Shown here: one piece after another, positions 27,428 through 36,732 of the stretch
How the letters are laid out: every line of letters begins with the position of its first letter
How positions within the stretch are numbered: the stretch's first letter is position 1
Virus record (IMG/VR): IMGVR_UViG_3300031774_000010
Location: 1 to 60,111 of that record
From: a virus
Taxonomy: Duplodnaviria > Caudoviricetes
Direction: 5' to 3' (one strand)
DNA length: 60,111 nt
Translations under genes and position numbers: made by a program
The notes under the pieces: model-generated
Seen by the model: only the letters and a program-made list of their open reading frames with translations
What the model was told of the DNA's origin: nothing
Databases searched by the model: none

Positions 27428-28245
27428 TGGAGAAAATTCCTGATATAACCATCGGGACTAATATACATATTAGAAACCCTCAGGTAGCTCGTATACCTGA
27501 GTTTTATTTTCCCTTAACTTATTCAACTCCTCAATCTCCTCCCGTCAGTCTTCTTTTAGGTACTCCAATTATTGATTTACCTGGTTGTGTTGAATATAAC
27601 AGGGCAAATAAAGAATCAAAAAATTTAGTTGATGATGATCCAAAAGGTAATGTAGTTTTATGTGATGGCTCGATGCCAAGTTTTAATTCGATTGATTTTG
27701 AGCCTGAACAAATAGTCCCTACAAAAAAAGCTAAAGTACCTGTTATACCTAATACTGAAACTCCAAAAAAAGAAGAAAAAAAAGAAAAAGATAGTAATGA
27801 GGATTCACTTAATTCTCCTAATACAGAGGATTATGATATTAATTCTGCAAATATTATCTGCCCACCTAGAGAAGCTCCTGTAATAGGAACTTTAATTGAG
27901 GGAGGAAAAAGAGAAATTAGTGGCTATGAGATTCAAAACAATAGATGTGTAACTCTTTATGAAGAAGTACCTATTATTAATCAAGTTGTGGCAGCGTTAC
28001 CTAGCACAGGAGCCGTAACAACTACTGCATCTATTGCGGTTGTTGCGACTTCATCTGCCCTACTTGCCAAACCCCTAGCGGATATTCTTCTGAAGGTGAT
28101 AAAACCGACGATAAAGACTTTAATGAAGAAGATTCAGAAGTTGAGAGGGAAGCCTCCGAAAGTGGAGTCTCGAATGGAACGGATTCTTGCTCAGAGGGAT
28201 CGGAATCGGGCAATACGGACTTTACGGACTGCTCTGAAGAAATAG
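27427..28245 (+). CDS. cyanophage-type hypothetical protein with Cys pairs and C-terminal hydrophobic helix
   Basis: PIIDLPGCVE...LCDG.MPSF; translationally coupled to the previous gene. Confidence 0.7.
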   Translation: MEKIPDITIGTNIHIRNPQVARIPEFYFPLTYSTPQSPPVSLLLGTPIIDLPGCVEYNRANKESKNLVDDDPKGNVVLCDGSMPSFNSIDFEPEQIVPTKKAKVPVIPNTETPKKEEKKEKDSNEDSLNSPNTEDYDINSANIICPPREAPVIGTLIEGGKREISGYEIQNNRCVTLYEEVPIINQVVAALPSTGAVTTTASIAVVATSSALLAKPLADILLKVIKPTIKTLMKKIQKLRGKPPKVESRMERILAQRDRNRAIRTLRTALKK

Positions 28246-28879
28246 TATGTTTATGTTGTTGAATAACATTTACATTCTGCACAACAATATCTGCACAAAT
28301 AGAAGCGTAAGGTGACTTGGGATGAAAAGTTACACCTAATTTTGTCTGCTCTCCACAATGTTTTAGTCTTGCCATTTCAAAATCTAAACGTTTATTAGCT
28401 AATAACTGTTCATTTAAATTTGTTTGTGTTGCCGCTGCTTTAAGACATCCTCTTTGTAAACGTCTATCAAGTGGTACGGATAAAGTAGCAGATAAACCTA
28501 AACTAATGTTGCTATTTTGTTTTTGTCCTGTTCTTGTAGGCATATAGTAAAGAACATCTCCAGGATTTGCTAAATTACCATCAACATCAGTAGATGTATC
28601 GTATACCGGGTCGTTATAATATTCTTCATATGGTGTCTTAAAAGAATGTAGACCAGTCAAAAACGGCGTAAAATTAAGCGTAGGTCCTTGGCATGACACG
28701 CCTCCACCATAAGTATTAGTTATATATGGACCTTGTAAAACTTGGATGGCCTGGTTAGTCACTGACCCGGAACTATTGGCTATAGGATTAGCAGTAGCTG
28801 ATACCCCACCTACTGTTTCTGCTTTTGAGGTATATAAAAAATTATTAGCTCCAATTAATAGTATTAATAGGTACCTTAT
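28031..28879 (-). CDS. exported protein, probable non-AUG (ATA) start
   Basis: Signal-peptide-like (M)RYLLILLIGANNFLYTSKA begins at an in-frame ATA overlapping the upstream TAA; ORF track start 28987 lies inside the upstream gene. Confidence 0.55.
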   Translation of the reverse strand: MRYLLILLIGANNFLYTSKAETVGGVSATANPIANSSGSVTNQAIQVLQGPYITNTYGGGVSCQGPTLNFTPFLTGLHSFKTPYEEYYNDPVYDTSTDVDGNLANPGDVLYYMPTRTGQKQNSNISLGLSATLSVPLDRRLQRGCLKAAATQTNLNEQLLANKRLDFEMARLKHCGEQTKLGVTFHPKSPYASICADIVVQNVNVIQQHKHTISSEQSVKSVLPDSDPSEQESVPFETPLSEASLSTSESSSLKSLSSVLSPSEEYPLGVWQVGQMKSQQPQ

Positions 28880-29301
28880 TGACTGAAAGTTGAGACTGTG
28901 TCTGTCATGCTCGTCATTTCTGTCGTACGATTTATTATGGTTTGATTGACCATCCCTGGTTGAGATAGGGTTGTGGTGAATTGCCATGATTGGTCAGGAT
29001 TTTTTACAGAAAAGTTCGGTACATTATTTGCATCTAACGAACTCCATGTTGTTGTCACACCATCCATGGTATTACTTACCGAAGTTGATGGCGGTAATAG
29101 CGTAGCACCATCAGCTTTTATATTCGTTCCTGTGACTGTATATTCCCATCCAGTTTGATAGTCTATTGAATTTATAACCTCTGTGACTTTTGTAGTCGTC
29201 TCAGTATGGCTGGTCATAGACCCGGATTGGAAATTAGGGACCACAGGGACTGCATTTGCACCTGTTGGTAGGAATAAAAACAACCCTAAAAGCCATTTCA
29301 T
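28876..29301 (-). CDS. exported beta-rich protein
   Basis: Signal peptide MKWLLGLFLFLPTGANA; Thr/Ser-rich. Confidence 0.75.
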   Translation of the reverse strand: MKWLLGLFLFLPTGANAVPVVPNFQSGSMTSHTETTTKVTEVINSIDYQTGWEYTVTGTNIKADGATLLPPSTSVSNTMDGVTTTWSSLDANNVPNFSVKNPDQSWQFTTTLSQPGMVNQTIINRTTEMTSMTDTVSTFSQ

Positions 29302-29303
29302 AA

Positions 29304-29813
29304 TTAATCAACTACGACTTCTGAGACGAATTGTCCAGTTGCGGTGGTGCCAGCTCCTCCAGCTGTCAGTGTCATTACACCTGCAGAAGTAATTGTTCCT
29401 GCTAAAGTCCCTGCTACACCTCCAGATTGAGTAGTTGTATTACCATAGGAAGGCATGTCGGCAACAACTCCACTGGTCACGTCCACACCACTCCCTATTG
29501 CTGCAATTCCGTCTCCTTGAAGAAAACTTTCCGAAAATGAGAACGCCGACCCGGCGGTATTGACTTCATAAGTTCCAGATTTCATGGTTGCAGCAGCAGT
29601 AGCTGATCCATGAGTTAAACCACCGAAGACATCACTGTTTCCTGTACCTACCTTTATGTTGGTACCAGAAACGGTATAAGTACTTCCGATACGTTCTGCA
29701 GCTGTTGCTGCACCATTAACTGTGAGCTGTGTTGAAGTACTGAGTCGATGTGTTAAATCTGCACGAGCACTTGAAGCACTAAACAATATTATTATCGGCA
29801 ATAATTTCCACAT
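29304..29813 (-). CDS. exported beta-rich protein
   Basis: Signal peptide MWKLLPIIILFSASSARA; Gly/Thr-rich. Confidence 0.75.
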   Translation of the reverse strand: MWKLLPIIILFSASSARADLTHRLSTSTQLTVNGAATAAERIGSTYTVSGTNIKVGTGNSDVFGGLTHGSATAAATMKSGTYEVNTAGSAFSFSESFLQGDGIAAIGSGVDVTSGVVADMPSYGNTTTQSGGVAGTLAGTITSAGVMTLTAGGAGTTATGQFVSEVVVD

Positions 29814-29882
29814 TTGACTAAGTAATTAGTGTGTTATTTTCTAAGTTTACTAAAGGGTAAACTTAGTAGGTATTGCTACTAT

Positions 29883-30353
29883 ATGATGACTGAAGATGTG
29901 ACAAAGTCTCCTAAGACACCATCTGCAAAAGATGATTCAAAAAAGAACGTTTTTACAAAAATAAAAGAAGGTATTGATGATAAAGAAGAACAGTTAGTAA
30001 TTTTGTCTACATTTGTGCGTCTGGGAGTTGTTGTTTGGAGCGGATTTATCATTTCTTTAAATTACATTACTTTGCCTGCATTTGGCGAACAAGCACCTAA
30101 AGATATAACTTTTGTAGCCTCAGTTTTTACCGGGGCTCTCGCTAGTTTTGGCCTTCAAACAGCATCTAAAAAAGGTGATGGAACGATGAAAATGGATAAC
30201 AAAAAAGGAGGTGGTTTAGGTGATATTAGTAGAGCAGATTTTGAACGTTTAATTGAAAAGATGTCACAAGTAGGTCCGACTCAGACATTGCGTATTGAGC
30301 AAGCGCCTATTAAAATTACTACAGTAGATAACAAGACCTCTATCAAGTCTTAA
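29883..30353 (+). CDS. two-TM membrane protein (holin candidate)
   Basis: Two hydrophobic segments; upstream of the endolysin; ATG at 29883 preferred over the track start. Confidence 0.5.
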   Translation: MMTEDVTKSPKTPSAKDDSKKNVFTKIKEGIDDKEEQLVILSTFVRLGVVVWSGFIISLNYITLPAFGEQAPKDITFVASVFTGALASFGLQTASKKGDGTMKMDNKKGGGLGDISRADFERLIEKMSQVGPTQTLRIEQAPIKITTVDNKTSIKS

Positions 30354-30359
30354 ATTTGA

Positions 30360-30908
30360 ATGTATAGGAAGAGCAACATGAATTGGACAGCTCTCGGATT
30401 AGGTGCCTTTCTTGGAGTCTCAAATATTGGCTTGATGGGCTCTTTAATAAGCAAGGGCAGCTTACCTGTTGTTGATTTTCCAGTAGGTAGTTATACATCG
30501 TATGAGATGGAAGCTACCAAAGATGGTTACAAGATTAGATATAACGCCAATGATCCAAAAGTAATGATAAAAACAGAGAATGTTGTTAAACCTGCTAGTG
30601 GATTATTTAACAAAGGTGTTACAACTGTTGATTTGTATGAAGAATATACGATGAATGGGAAAGTTCATTTAGAGGGTGGTGACAACGCTTCTAAGCTTAC
30701 AGCTAAAGAAATAGCGTGTATTAAGGCAGAAGGAGCTGGTGGCTCTACAGGAGGTGTTATAGGAGCTTCTGTAGGTGCTCAAGCAGCGCCTGCACTTTCA
30801 AATATTCCTATAATCGGATGGGTTGCTAGTGGATGGGCGACAATGTTTGGGCAAAAAACAGGGGCTAATCTTGGTGGAGATATAGCCAAAGCGATAGAAG
30901 GCTGTTAA
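30360..30908 (+). CDS. membrane protein with glycine zipper
   Basis: N-terminal TM segment; GGxxGxxxGAxxG...IPIIGW. Confidence 0.6.
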   Translation: MYRKSNMNWTALGLGAFLGVSNIGLMGSLISKGSLPVVDFPVGSYTSYEMEATKDGYKIRYNANDPKVMIKTENVVKPASGLFNKGVTTVDLYEEYTMNGKVHLEGGDNASKLTAKEIACIKAEGAGGSTGGVIGASVGAQAAPALSNIPIIGWVASGWATMFGQKTGANLGGDIAKAIEGC

Positions 30909-32068
30909 TGCCTATATTTCATCTTTCTGAAGCGGGTTTAGAGTTTATCCGTCTTTTTGAGGGTGCATATTTATCATCCGAAATAGTCAGTAGTTTAGAA
31001 AAAGAAGTTTCAGAATTAGTAACGGCTCCTATAAATCAAAATCAATTTGATGCTTTATTCTCATTTGCGTCAAATATGGGAATTGAACTTCTTTCTAATT
31101 CAAAATTACTAAAACGTATAAATGAGCTAGAAAACCCTTCTGAGGTTGCTGCAGAAGAATTGCATAAATGGAACAAAGAAGGTAGTAAGGTATTTCAAGG
31201 GCTTTCTAGGAGGCGTTCAGCAGAGTTAGAGCTGTTTTGCCATAAACCACCTGAATTTAAATGGGGTTGGGCATCTATAACATCTAAATGTCACACATAT
31301 TTAAAAAAGCGTCCTGTACCTATTGGTGAACTTTCCTCTGATGAAACAGCAAAAATTTGTTCAAAACGTTTAATTCGACGTTGTCGTGTTATTGAAAGAA
31401 CTGAAGGCCATACTTATTTAGAACTTGGCTTTGGTTTAGGAAAATGGTGGGTAGTAGATAAACATTGGGAAGGTTTGAAAACAGAAGTACGTATTTATCC
31501 ATATACAAAAACTAATGATCTTTTACATTTAAGAGATTTTCCATATATGCATAGGCCAGAAGAAGAAAGTAACGGATGGGGGATTAGTCAATGTTGTGCT
31601 GTTGCCATGTGTTTAAAATACTTTGATGCCCCTGCTATTAATTGTATTAATGACTATATCAATATCGTTAATAAGTACGGAAGATTAAATTCTCGTCGAA
31701 ATCACATAAAAGCAATGAATACTTTTGGTTTTTCAGCAACGTTTAATCATGTAACTGCTTCTGAAGACATAAAAGATAATATTAAACAAGGTTTACCAGT
31801 CATAGGAATTATTGCAGGACGTAGTATTCGCCAAGTAGGAGGTATGGCTCACAGTGTTGTTATTACTGGATACGATGACACTAATTGGTTAGTTCAAGAC
31901 CCTTTTGGTGAATTAGATTTAACACTAGGTCGATACAAAGACAGGGGTGCTGATGCTGGTAGAAATGTTTTTTACAATCAAGAGTTGTTGAATAAACGCC
32001 TTTCTGTAGGAGGAGGTGTAGATGGTTGGTGTTGGTTAAATTTTCGTAAATATGTATTTAAAGATTAG
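30908..32068 (+). CDS. endolysin-like fusion: degenerate GH24 lysozyme plus C39-like peptidase
   Basis: INQNQFDALFSF..N.G and GL.RRR.AE.ELF; C39 triad context QCCAVAM / HSVVITGYD / QDP. Confidence 0.8.
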   Translation: MPIFHLSEAGLEFIRLFEGAYLSSEIVSSLEKEVSELVTAPINQNQFDALFSFASNMGIELLSNSKLLKRINELENPSEVAAEELHKWNKEGSKVFQGLSRRRSAELELFCHKPPEFKWGWASITSKCHTYLKKRPVPIGELSSDETAKICSKRLIRRCRVIERTEGHTYLELGFGLGKWWVVDKHWEGLKTEVRIYPYTKTNDLLHLRDFPYMHRPEEESNGWGISQCCAVAMCLKYFDAPAINCINDYINIVNKYGRLNSRRNHIKAMNTFGFSATFNHVTASEDIKDNIKQGLPVIGIIAGRSIRQVGGMAHSVVITGYDDTNWLVQDPFGELDLTLGRYKDRGADAGRNVFYNQELLNKRLSVGGGVDGWCWLNFRKYVFKD

Positions 32069-32112
32069 GTAAGGTTATTCTCCTAAGTGGAGTTATTTAA
32101 ACAAACTAGATC

Positions 32113-32313
32113 ATGGCTGACGAAACTAAATCTTTAGAAGATCAATTAAAAGATCAAAGAACCGAAATAGAGACTAATATAAGACAAACTGAAACTCAGT
32201 TAGGTAGACTTAAAGAACAGTACTTAAAAATTCTTGGAGCTCTTGAATTTGCCGCAATTCAAAAACAAGAATCTGAAGATACAGACATTAAGTCTGAAGA
32301 TTTAGTCTCTTAA
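32113..32313 (+). CDS. small coiled-coil protein
   Basis: Heptad pattern. Confidence 0.7.
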   Translation: MADETKSLEDQLKDQRTEIETNIRQTETQLGRLKEQYLKILGALEFAAIQKQESEDTDIKSEDLVS

Positions 32314-32317
32314 GAAA

Positions 32318-32539
32318 ATGTTAGGTGAATTAAATAGAAATCGATATAAAGCTTTAGAATTACTAGCCGAACATGTAAAAGCACCTTCTCGTGAGTTATC
32401 TCTTGATGCCATTATTTGTGACATCAATGATGAAGATTTACGTTGGGTAACAAATAAAGTTCATTATTATTTGCTTAAACTTTTAGAAGACGCTGACTAT
32501 GATCCAGCGGAAGAAGAGGTTATTGAGACTATAAATTAA
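32318..32539 (+). CDS. hypothetical protein
   Basis: 73-aa ORF in operon. Confidence 0.65.
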   Translation: MLGELNRNRYKALELLAEHVKAPSRELSLDAIICDINDEDLRWVTNKVHYYLLKLLEDADYDPAEEEVIETIN

Positions 32540-32591
32540 AAAATATACAAGTTTATGCAGATTACAGTTTTGACAAGGATGCAGAGTAAAT

Positions 32592-33002
32592 GTGTATCAT
32601 TGTGAGCAAGATCTTCTAGCTAATTTAGTTGTTTTATCGTCAAAAAATGCTCGAAAAGAATTTAGAAATCATATTTTTGCAGCTTGGGAATGGAAATGTG
32701 CTTACTGTGATAATAAATTAGATGATTTAAGTGCAACGATTGATCACATAGTTCCTAAATTTAAAGGGGGACATAACGTTAAATCCAATATGTGCTGTTG
32801 TTGTTCTTCTTGTAATAGACAAAAAGGTTCTACTTTTTTAGAAGAATGGTATACACCTAGTTTTGCTTTTTATTGCAAAAAAAGATTTGTTAAAATAAAG
32901 AATTGGATGGAGCAAGAACCAAGCTCTATTAAACTATTATTAGCAGATAAGGCACACCCTTACATAGCAAATGACTTCTACATCGGATGGGTACCAAGTT
33001 GA
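32592..33002 (+). CDS. HNH endonuclease
   Basis: CAYC...TIDHIVPKFKGG...N...C..CN..KG. Confidence 0.9.
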   Translation: MYHCEQDLLANLVVLSSKNARKEFRNHIFAAWEWKCAYCDNKLDDLSATIDHIVPKFKGGHNVKSNMCCCCSSCNRQKGSTFLEEWYTPSFAFYCKKRFVKIKNWMEQEPSSIKLLLADKAHPYIANDFYIGWVPS

Positions 33003-33165
33003 CCCACAATCAAAATCTTTTTTAGACGAATATGTAAAAAATCCTGAACGTTGGATAGGTGATCGAATTGAGCAAGACGTACCAGCGCCAGGTGATAGTG
33101 CCTTAAAAGGAACTGTACGTAATGATATTAAAGGTAAAGTAGATGCTGGTGTTATACGAATTTAA
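32971..33165 (+). CDS. hypothetical protein
   Basis: 64-aa ORF. Confidence 0.5.
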   Translation: MTSTSDGYQVDPQSKSFLDEYVKNPERWIGDRIEQDVPAPGDSALKGTVRNDIKGKVDAGVIRI

Positions 33166-33363
33166 ATAAGACTCCTACATATGACTTTAATTTCATTTTC
33201 TTTTATTATTTTTTTTATTACAACCTATTGTTTTAGTATGTTTCACTTGAAACAAGACTCGCATTTACATAATACAAAAGTAGTTAGGAAAAGATAGATT
33301 AATTGAGTTTTACTTGATCTTCAATTTATCGCTGGTAATATAATTGTAAGGTTTTAGCTATTT

Positions 33364-33579
33364 ATGGACGCAATCGAGCTTCCAATGGACGTTGAATTTC
33401 AAATTCATGCCACTGCATTAGCGATTCAGCAGTTAGATCGTGATGATTTAGAAGAAGCTTTTATCGAAATGCTCCATCAAAGAGCGTTAGACCGCCAAAT
33501 GTTCTTTGGTGTTCTAAAAGATCACGGCATTGATGCCGACATTAAATTCAACATCTCCACTGTGGGACAGGTTTCTTAA
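33364..33579 (+). CDS. nblA: NblA-like phycobiliprotein degradation adaptor
   Basis: L..D.EF.I......I..L..D.L...F..ML.Q......F...LK two-helix pattern and size match NblA. Confidence 0.6.
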   Translation: MDAIELPMDVEFQIHATALAIQQLDRDDLEEAFIEMLHQRALDRQMFFGVLKDHGIDADIKFNISTVGQVS

Positions 33580-33584
33580 ATACT

Positions 33585-33968
33585 ATGGCTACTCGCACTA
33601 TTGAAGGCACTATAGACACATTTAGTGTCGATACAGGCTCTGAAGTTACTTATCTTGGTGCTACGTCATCAGGAAATCCAGGAGAGGCTATTAGAGCTTT
33701 TCGTGTTAACCCAGGTGGGACTGGGAACATTATTGTAAAACTTGATAAAACCAGTGGTGTTAATACTATGGAAGTATTTCAAGAAGATGCCTATGGAGGA
33801 AGCAGTGCTGCCACTGGATATAAAGTTTTTACAAATATAGCTAAAGACGGTAAAGGCAAAGGCGCTGTTGGTACAGCTGTTACTAATGCTGCAAAGAATT
33901 ACGTTGTGTTGCTTACTTTAGATGGTTATTCTGAAGTCAGTTACAACGGAAGCGTTGACGTCCCATAA
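33585..33968 (+). CDS. beta-rich hypothetical protein, possibly structural
   Basis: 127-aa Gly/Thr-rich ORF. Confidence 0.6.
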   Translation: MATRTIEGTIDTFSVDTGSEVTYLGATSSGNPGEAIRAFRVNPGGTGNIIVKLDKTSGVNTMEVFQEDAYGGSSAATGYKVFTNIAKDGKGKGAVGTAVTNAAKNYVVLLTLDGYSEVSYNGSVDVP

Positions 33969-34701
33969 GAAGGAAAAAGTAAAACAAACTTGGAAACAGC
34001 ATCCTTTTCTTACTTGGAAAGGAATAGAATTAATAAAAAGTTATTATCCTGCTCGTACTCATATTGGTATGGGTAGGTATGCCACGTATAAGGATTATGG
34101 AGAAGATATTTGGCGTATTGGGTATGGAAGTAAGAAATTAGGCAAAAGGTGGCTAGGAGCCAATGATGTAGCTACTGAAGAAGAAATTGATCAGCAATTA
34201 ATAGAAGATTTAAAGGAATTTTCTGATCTTGTTTCTAAGTACATCTTTGCCCCTTTAAATACAAATAGAAAGGCTGCTTTACTAAGTTTTGCTTTCAGTA
34301 TTGGTATTAGCTCTTTGAAAACCTGTCGTCTTTTAAATTTAATTAATAATTTTGCTAGTAAAACTGAATTAATTAGAGAATGGAGTCCTTATATCAATCG
34401 GTTGTGGTTTTCAGGTGGAGATCTGCTGGTAGCTCAACGTCGTATGGAATTAGATACATATCTGTCCCCTGACAAGACAATTCCAACGTTTGTTCCTCAT
34501 CACTGTCATTTAAAGAAATGTTTATTGAATCTCCCTGAGACTTATACTGGGGCTCCCAATCAAGTGAAAGCCATTGAATATCTTGAGAAAAAGTTACTTC
34601 AGTGGGATTCTTCTGGTGAGGTGTTACGACGATTTTTTCGTTATTGGTCTGAGACGCCACGTGGTCTAGGATCTCCCCAGCGGCGAAAGGGTCTCGACTA
34701 A
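33922..34701 (+). CDS. GH24 lysozyme-like protein with atypical active site
   Basis: GIELIK...YKD....WRIGYG, LNTNRKAALLSFAFSIG, L...RR.E...YL. Confidence 0.75.
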   Translation: MVILKSVTTEALTSHKKEKVKQTWKQHPFLTWKGIELIKSYYPARTHIGMGRYATYKDYGEDIWRIGYGSKKLGKRWLGANDVATEEEIDQQLIEDLKEFSDLVSKYIFAPLNTNRKAALLSFAFSIGISSLKTCRLLNLINNFASKTELIREWSPYINRLWFSGGDLLVAQRRMELDTYLSPDKTIPTFVPHHCHLKKCLLNLPETYTGAPNQVKAIEYLEKKLLQWDSSGEVLRRFFRYWSETPRGLGSPQRRKGLD

Positions 34702-34768
34702 GCATATCAATTGCGTCCATAAGTTTTAAATCATCAGTGTAGCCTTCTACAATGTCTTTGTAATTCAT
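34394..34768 (-). CDS. hypothetical protein
   Basis: ATGA-coupled to the DUF1599 gene; 3' part is antisense to the lysozyme gene. Confidence 0.5.
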   Translation of the reverse strand: MNYKDIVEGYTDDLKLMDAIDMLSRDPFAAGEILDHVASQTNNEKIVVTPHQKNPTEVTFSQDIQWLSLDWEPQYKSQGDSINISLNDSDEEQTLELSCQGTDMYLIPYDVELPADLHLKTTTD

Positions 34769-35070
34769 GATTTGTCTCCTTCTTTGTTTAAACCTATTTT
34801 AAGCAATACTAAATATCCAATCAAATCTTGTATTACATCTTCATCTGTTGCTATTAAACCAGCTCCTTTTTTTATTCGGTTTAGTTTGTCATCAATTCTT
34901 ACAAGTAACTGTTCTACAGCGCTAGATTTACTAAAAATCCTCGAAGGATTCATTGCAGAGTCACCATATTGTTGATTTTTATAAAGTAATAGCTCTTTTA
35001 TGTCATCACATACACAAGCTATTTGTAGTTGTGTTTCAGTCATTGCAGAATTGGTATTGTCTGTATCCAT
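34765..35070 (-). CDS. DUF1599 / nucleotide-modification-associated domain protein
   Basis: LL..KN..YGDSA..P...F......VRIDDKL.RI...ED...DLIGYL. Confidence 0.8.
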   Translation of the reverse strand: MDTDNTNSAMTETQLQIACVCDDIKELLLYKNQQYGDSAMNPSRIFSKSSAVEQLLVRIDDKLNRIKKGAGLIATDEDVIQDLIGYLVLLKIGLNKEGDKS

Positions 35071-35088
35071 GAACTTTTAGTTTAACCT

Positions 35089-35715
35089 CTAGTTAATTAC
35101 TTTACCAATGTGTGAAAAGATTTCTACAAATTTATCAGTTTGTTGAAATCCAAACTCTAATTTGGGTAAGTATATAAAATATCCCCAAAACATAGGTGCT
35201 TTTAATGTAAATAAGTCTTTCCCATGTATGGTGTTTGCCCTTTGATAAGGAATACAAACTGGATAATCCCACATTTCTGGTAATATTCTCATCATTTCGG
35301 GATATGTAGTAAAAAATAAGGCTTCAGGTATATTTCTTAGTTTCCATTCTCTTAAAAGACGTTGAAACCAAATAATAGAAGGTGCTTTTGCTGCGCCACC
35401 AGCTCTTTTACTCCATCTCCATGTACCTCTTTGTTTACTAAAAGAACATCTTCCATATGTAGGAGGAAATAAATATGTTTTACCTGTCCATGGGTCTTGC
35501 ATATTTAAACCATCTTCTTTTAATGTATATACTTTTTTTGCTCTTAAAAATTGTGCATTAGCATTGTGTGTTGAACAAGGATCGAGATCAATATCCCCTA
35601 GCAATGCACTTATGTAAGGTATGTAATCTGCTGGAGTAAGCCAATCATCCTCAATATGAAGGATTCTTCCAAGAATAAATTTATATTGTTTCCACGATAA
35701 CGGTTTCTTTGTCAC
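35089..35715 (-). CDS. phage DNA N6-adenine methyltransferase-like protein
   Basis: WLTP...IDLDPCS...DGL...W.G..YLFPPTYG (variant of NPPY). Confidence 0.7.
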   Translation of the reverse strand: MTKKPLSWKQYKFILGRILHIEDDWLTPADYIPYISALLGDIDLDPCSTHNANAQFLRAKKVYTLKEDGLNMQDPWTGKTYLFPPTYGRCSFSKQRGTWRWSKRAGGAAKAPSIIWFQRLLREWKLRNIPEALFFTTYPEMMRILPEMWDYPVCIPYQRANTIHGKDLFTLKAPMFWGYFIYLPKLEFGFQQTDKFVEIFSHIGKVIN

Positions 35716-36113
35716 ATTTGAAGAAGTCCTGTTTGCTCTTCATTAGTTTTAAAATGAAAAAGTTGTATATCATCTTTATCTTGAAGTATAAATAATGCTT
35801 CTTTTTCTGGATCAAGAGATTCTGCTATCGATATTGCTTTTCGTAAGTGCTCCACTCCGTGTAATTCTTTGTTATTTGCATCGTTTACTGCTTTTATTAA
35901 TAAATCTACGGTTAAATAAAACATACTTTCTTTATCTTTTTTTTGAGGCATAAAAATCATTGCACCAGGTCCTTCATTTTTATAAAATTTCTTATAATAT
36001 TCTGCTTGATCAGCCACTATTCGTTCAATTGATAGCTTTAATAGTTTTTCTTCTGTCTCTCCTGTTGTTGTTCCCAACATTTTTAAGAGTAATTTGTTAC
36101 GCCTGCTTGTCAT
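35712..36113 (-). CDS. hypothetical protein
   Basis: 133-aa ORF, coupled to neighbours. Confidence 0.7.
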   Translation of the reverse strand: MTSRRNKLLLKMLGTTTGETEEKLLKLSIERIVADQAEYYKKFYKNEGPGAMIFMPQKKDKESMFYLTVDLLIKAVNDANNKELHGVEHLRKAISIAESLDPEKEALFILQDKDDIQLFHFKTNEEQTGLLQM

Positions 36114-36732
36114 TAGATTCTCCTGATACTTTAGTGTAACTCGCTTCCTCTGATTTGACAGGTTTAATTTTTGGTACAGATTTTATATGTTTCCCTAAAC
36201 CAGATTTTTTTAAAGTTTCTAATAATTTAGGTAAGGGTTTATATAGGACAACAGCCTTCTGCATATTACCTATTTTTTTAATGAGTTTTCCATTTTCATC
36301 TCTGAGTTTTGTCAATTCTTCTTGTCTTATTAAGTATTCTGCTACACATCTATAACGTCTTTTTTCAGATAAATTAATTTCAGGATATCTATCACAAATC
36401 GTACTAGTTCTCATATCGCTGAATGTTAAACGTATTTGGTCAGCTAAAGATAATCCCAGCATTAGATCTGTAGTACTAGTTTCATATCCTCGAATTAAAT
36501 CTAAATATCTACGGAGATCAGAAGTTTTAAAGCTTCCAGAGGGAGGTATAAACATTTCTACTTGTTCTATTAACGAAGGCATTAAAAATTTTTTATAATT
36601 ATCTATTGTTACTTTCTCAATATTTAATTCCGTAAAACGGTAACTTTGATAGACTTTAGGGGTATTTTCAGCTGGTTCGTAATCTGTGTTTTCTAGGACA
36701 TGCAACCAATCCTCAGTGTTAATTATTGTCAT
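36097..36732 (-). CDS. hypothetical protein, possible winged-helix C-terminal region
   Basis: 211-aa ORF; helix followed by a basic beta hairpin. Confidence 0.65.
   Translation of the reverse strand: MTIINTEDWLHVLENTDYEPAENTPKVYQSYRFTELNIEKVTIDNYKKFLMPSLIEQVEMFIPPSGSFKTSDLRRYLDLIRGYETSTTDLMLGLSLADQIRLTFSDMRTSTICDRYPEINLSEKRRYRCVAEYLIRQEELTKLRDENGKLIKKIGNMQKAVVLYKPLPKLLETLKKSGLGKHIKSVPKIKPVKSEEASYTKVSGESNDKQA

Noticed and set aside
33181-33297. 38-aa hydrophobic ORF
   Set aside because: Arises from a T-rich tract; too little support to call a gene
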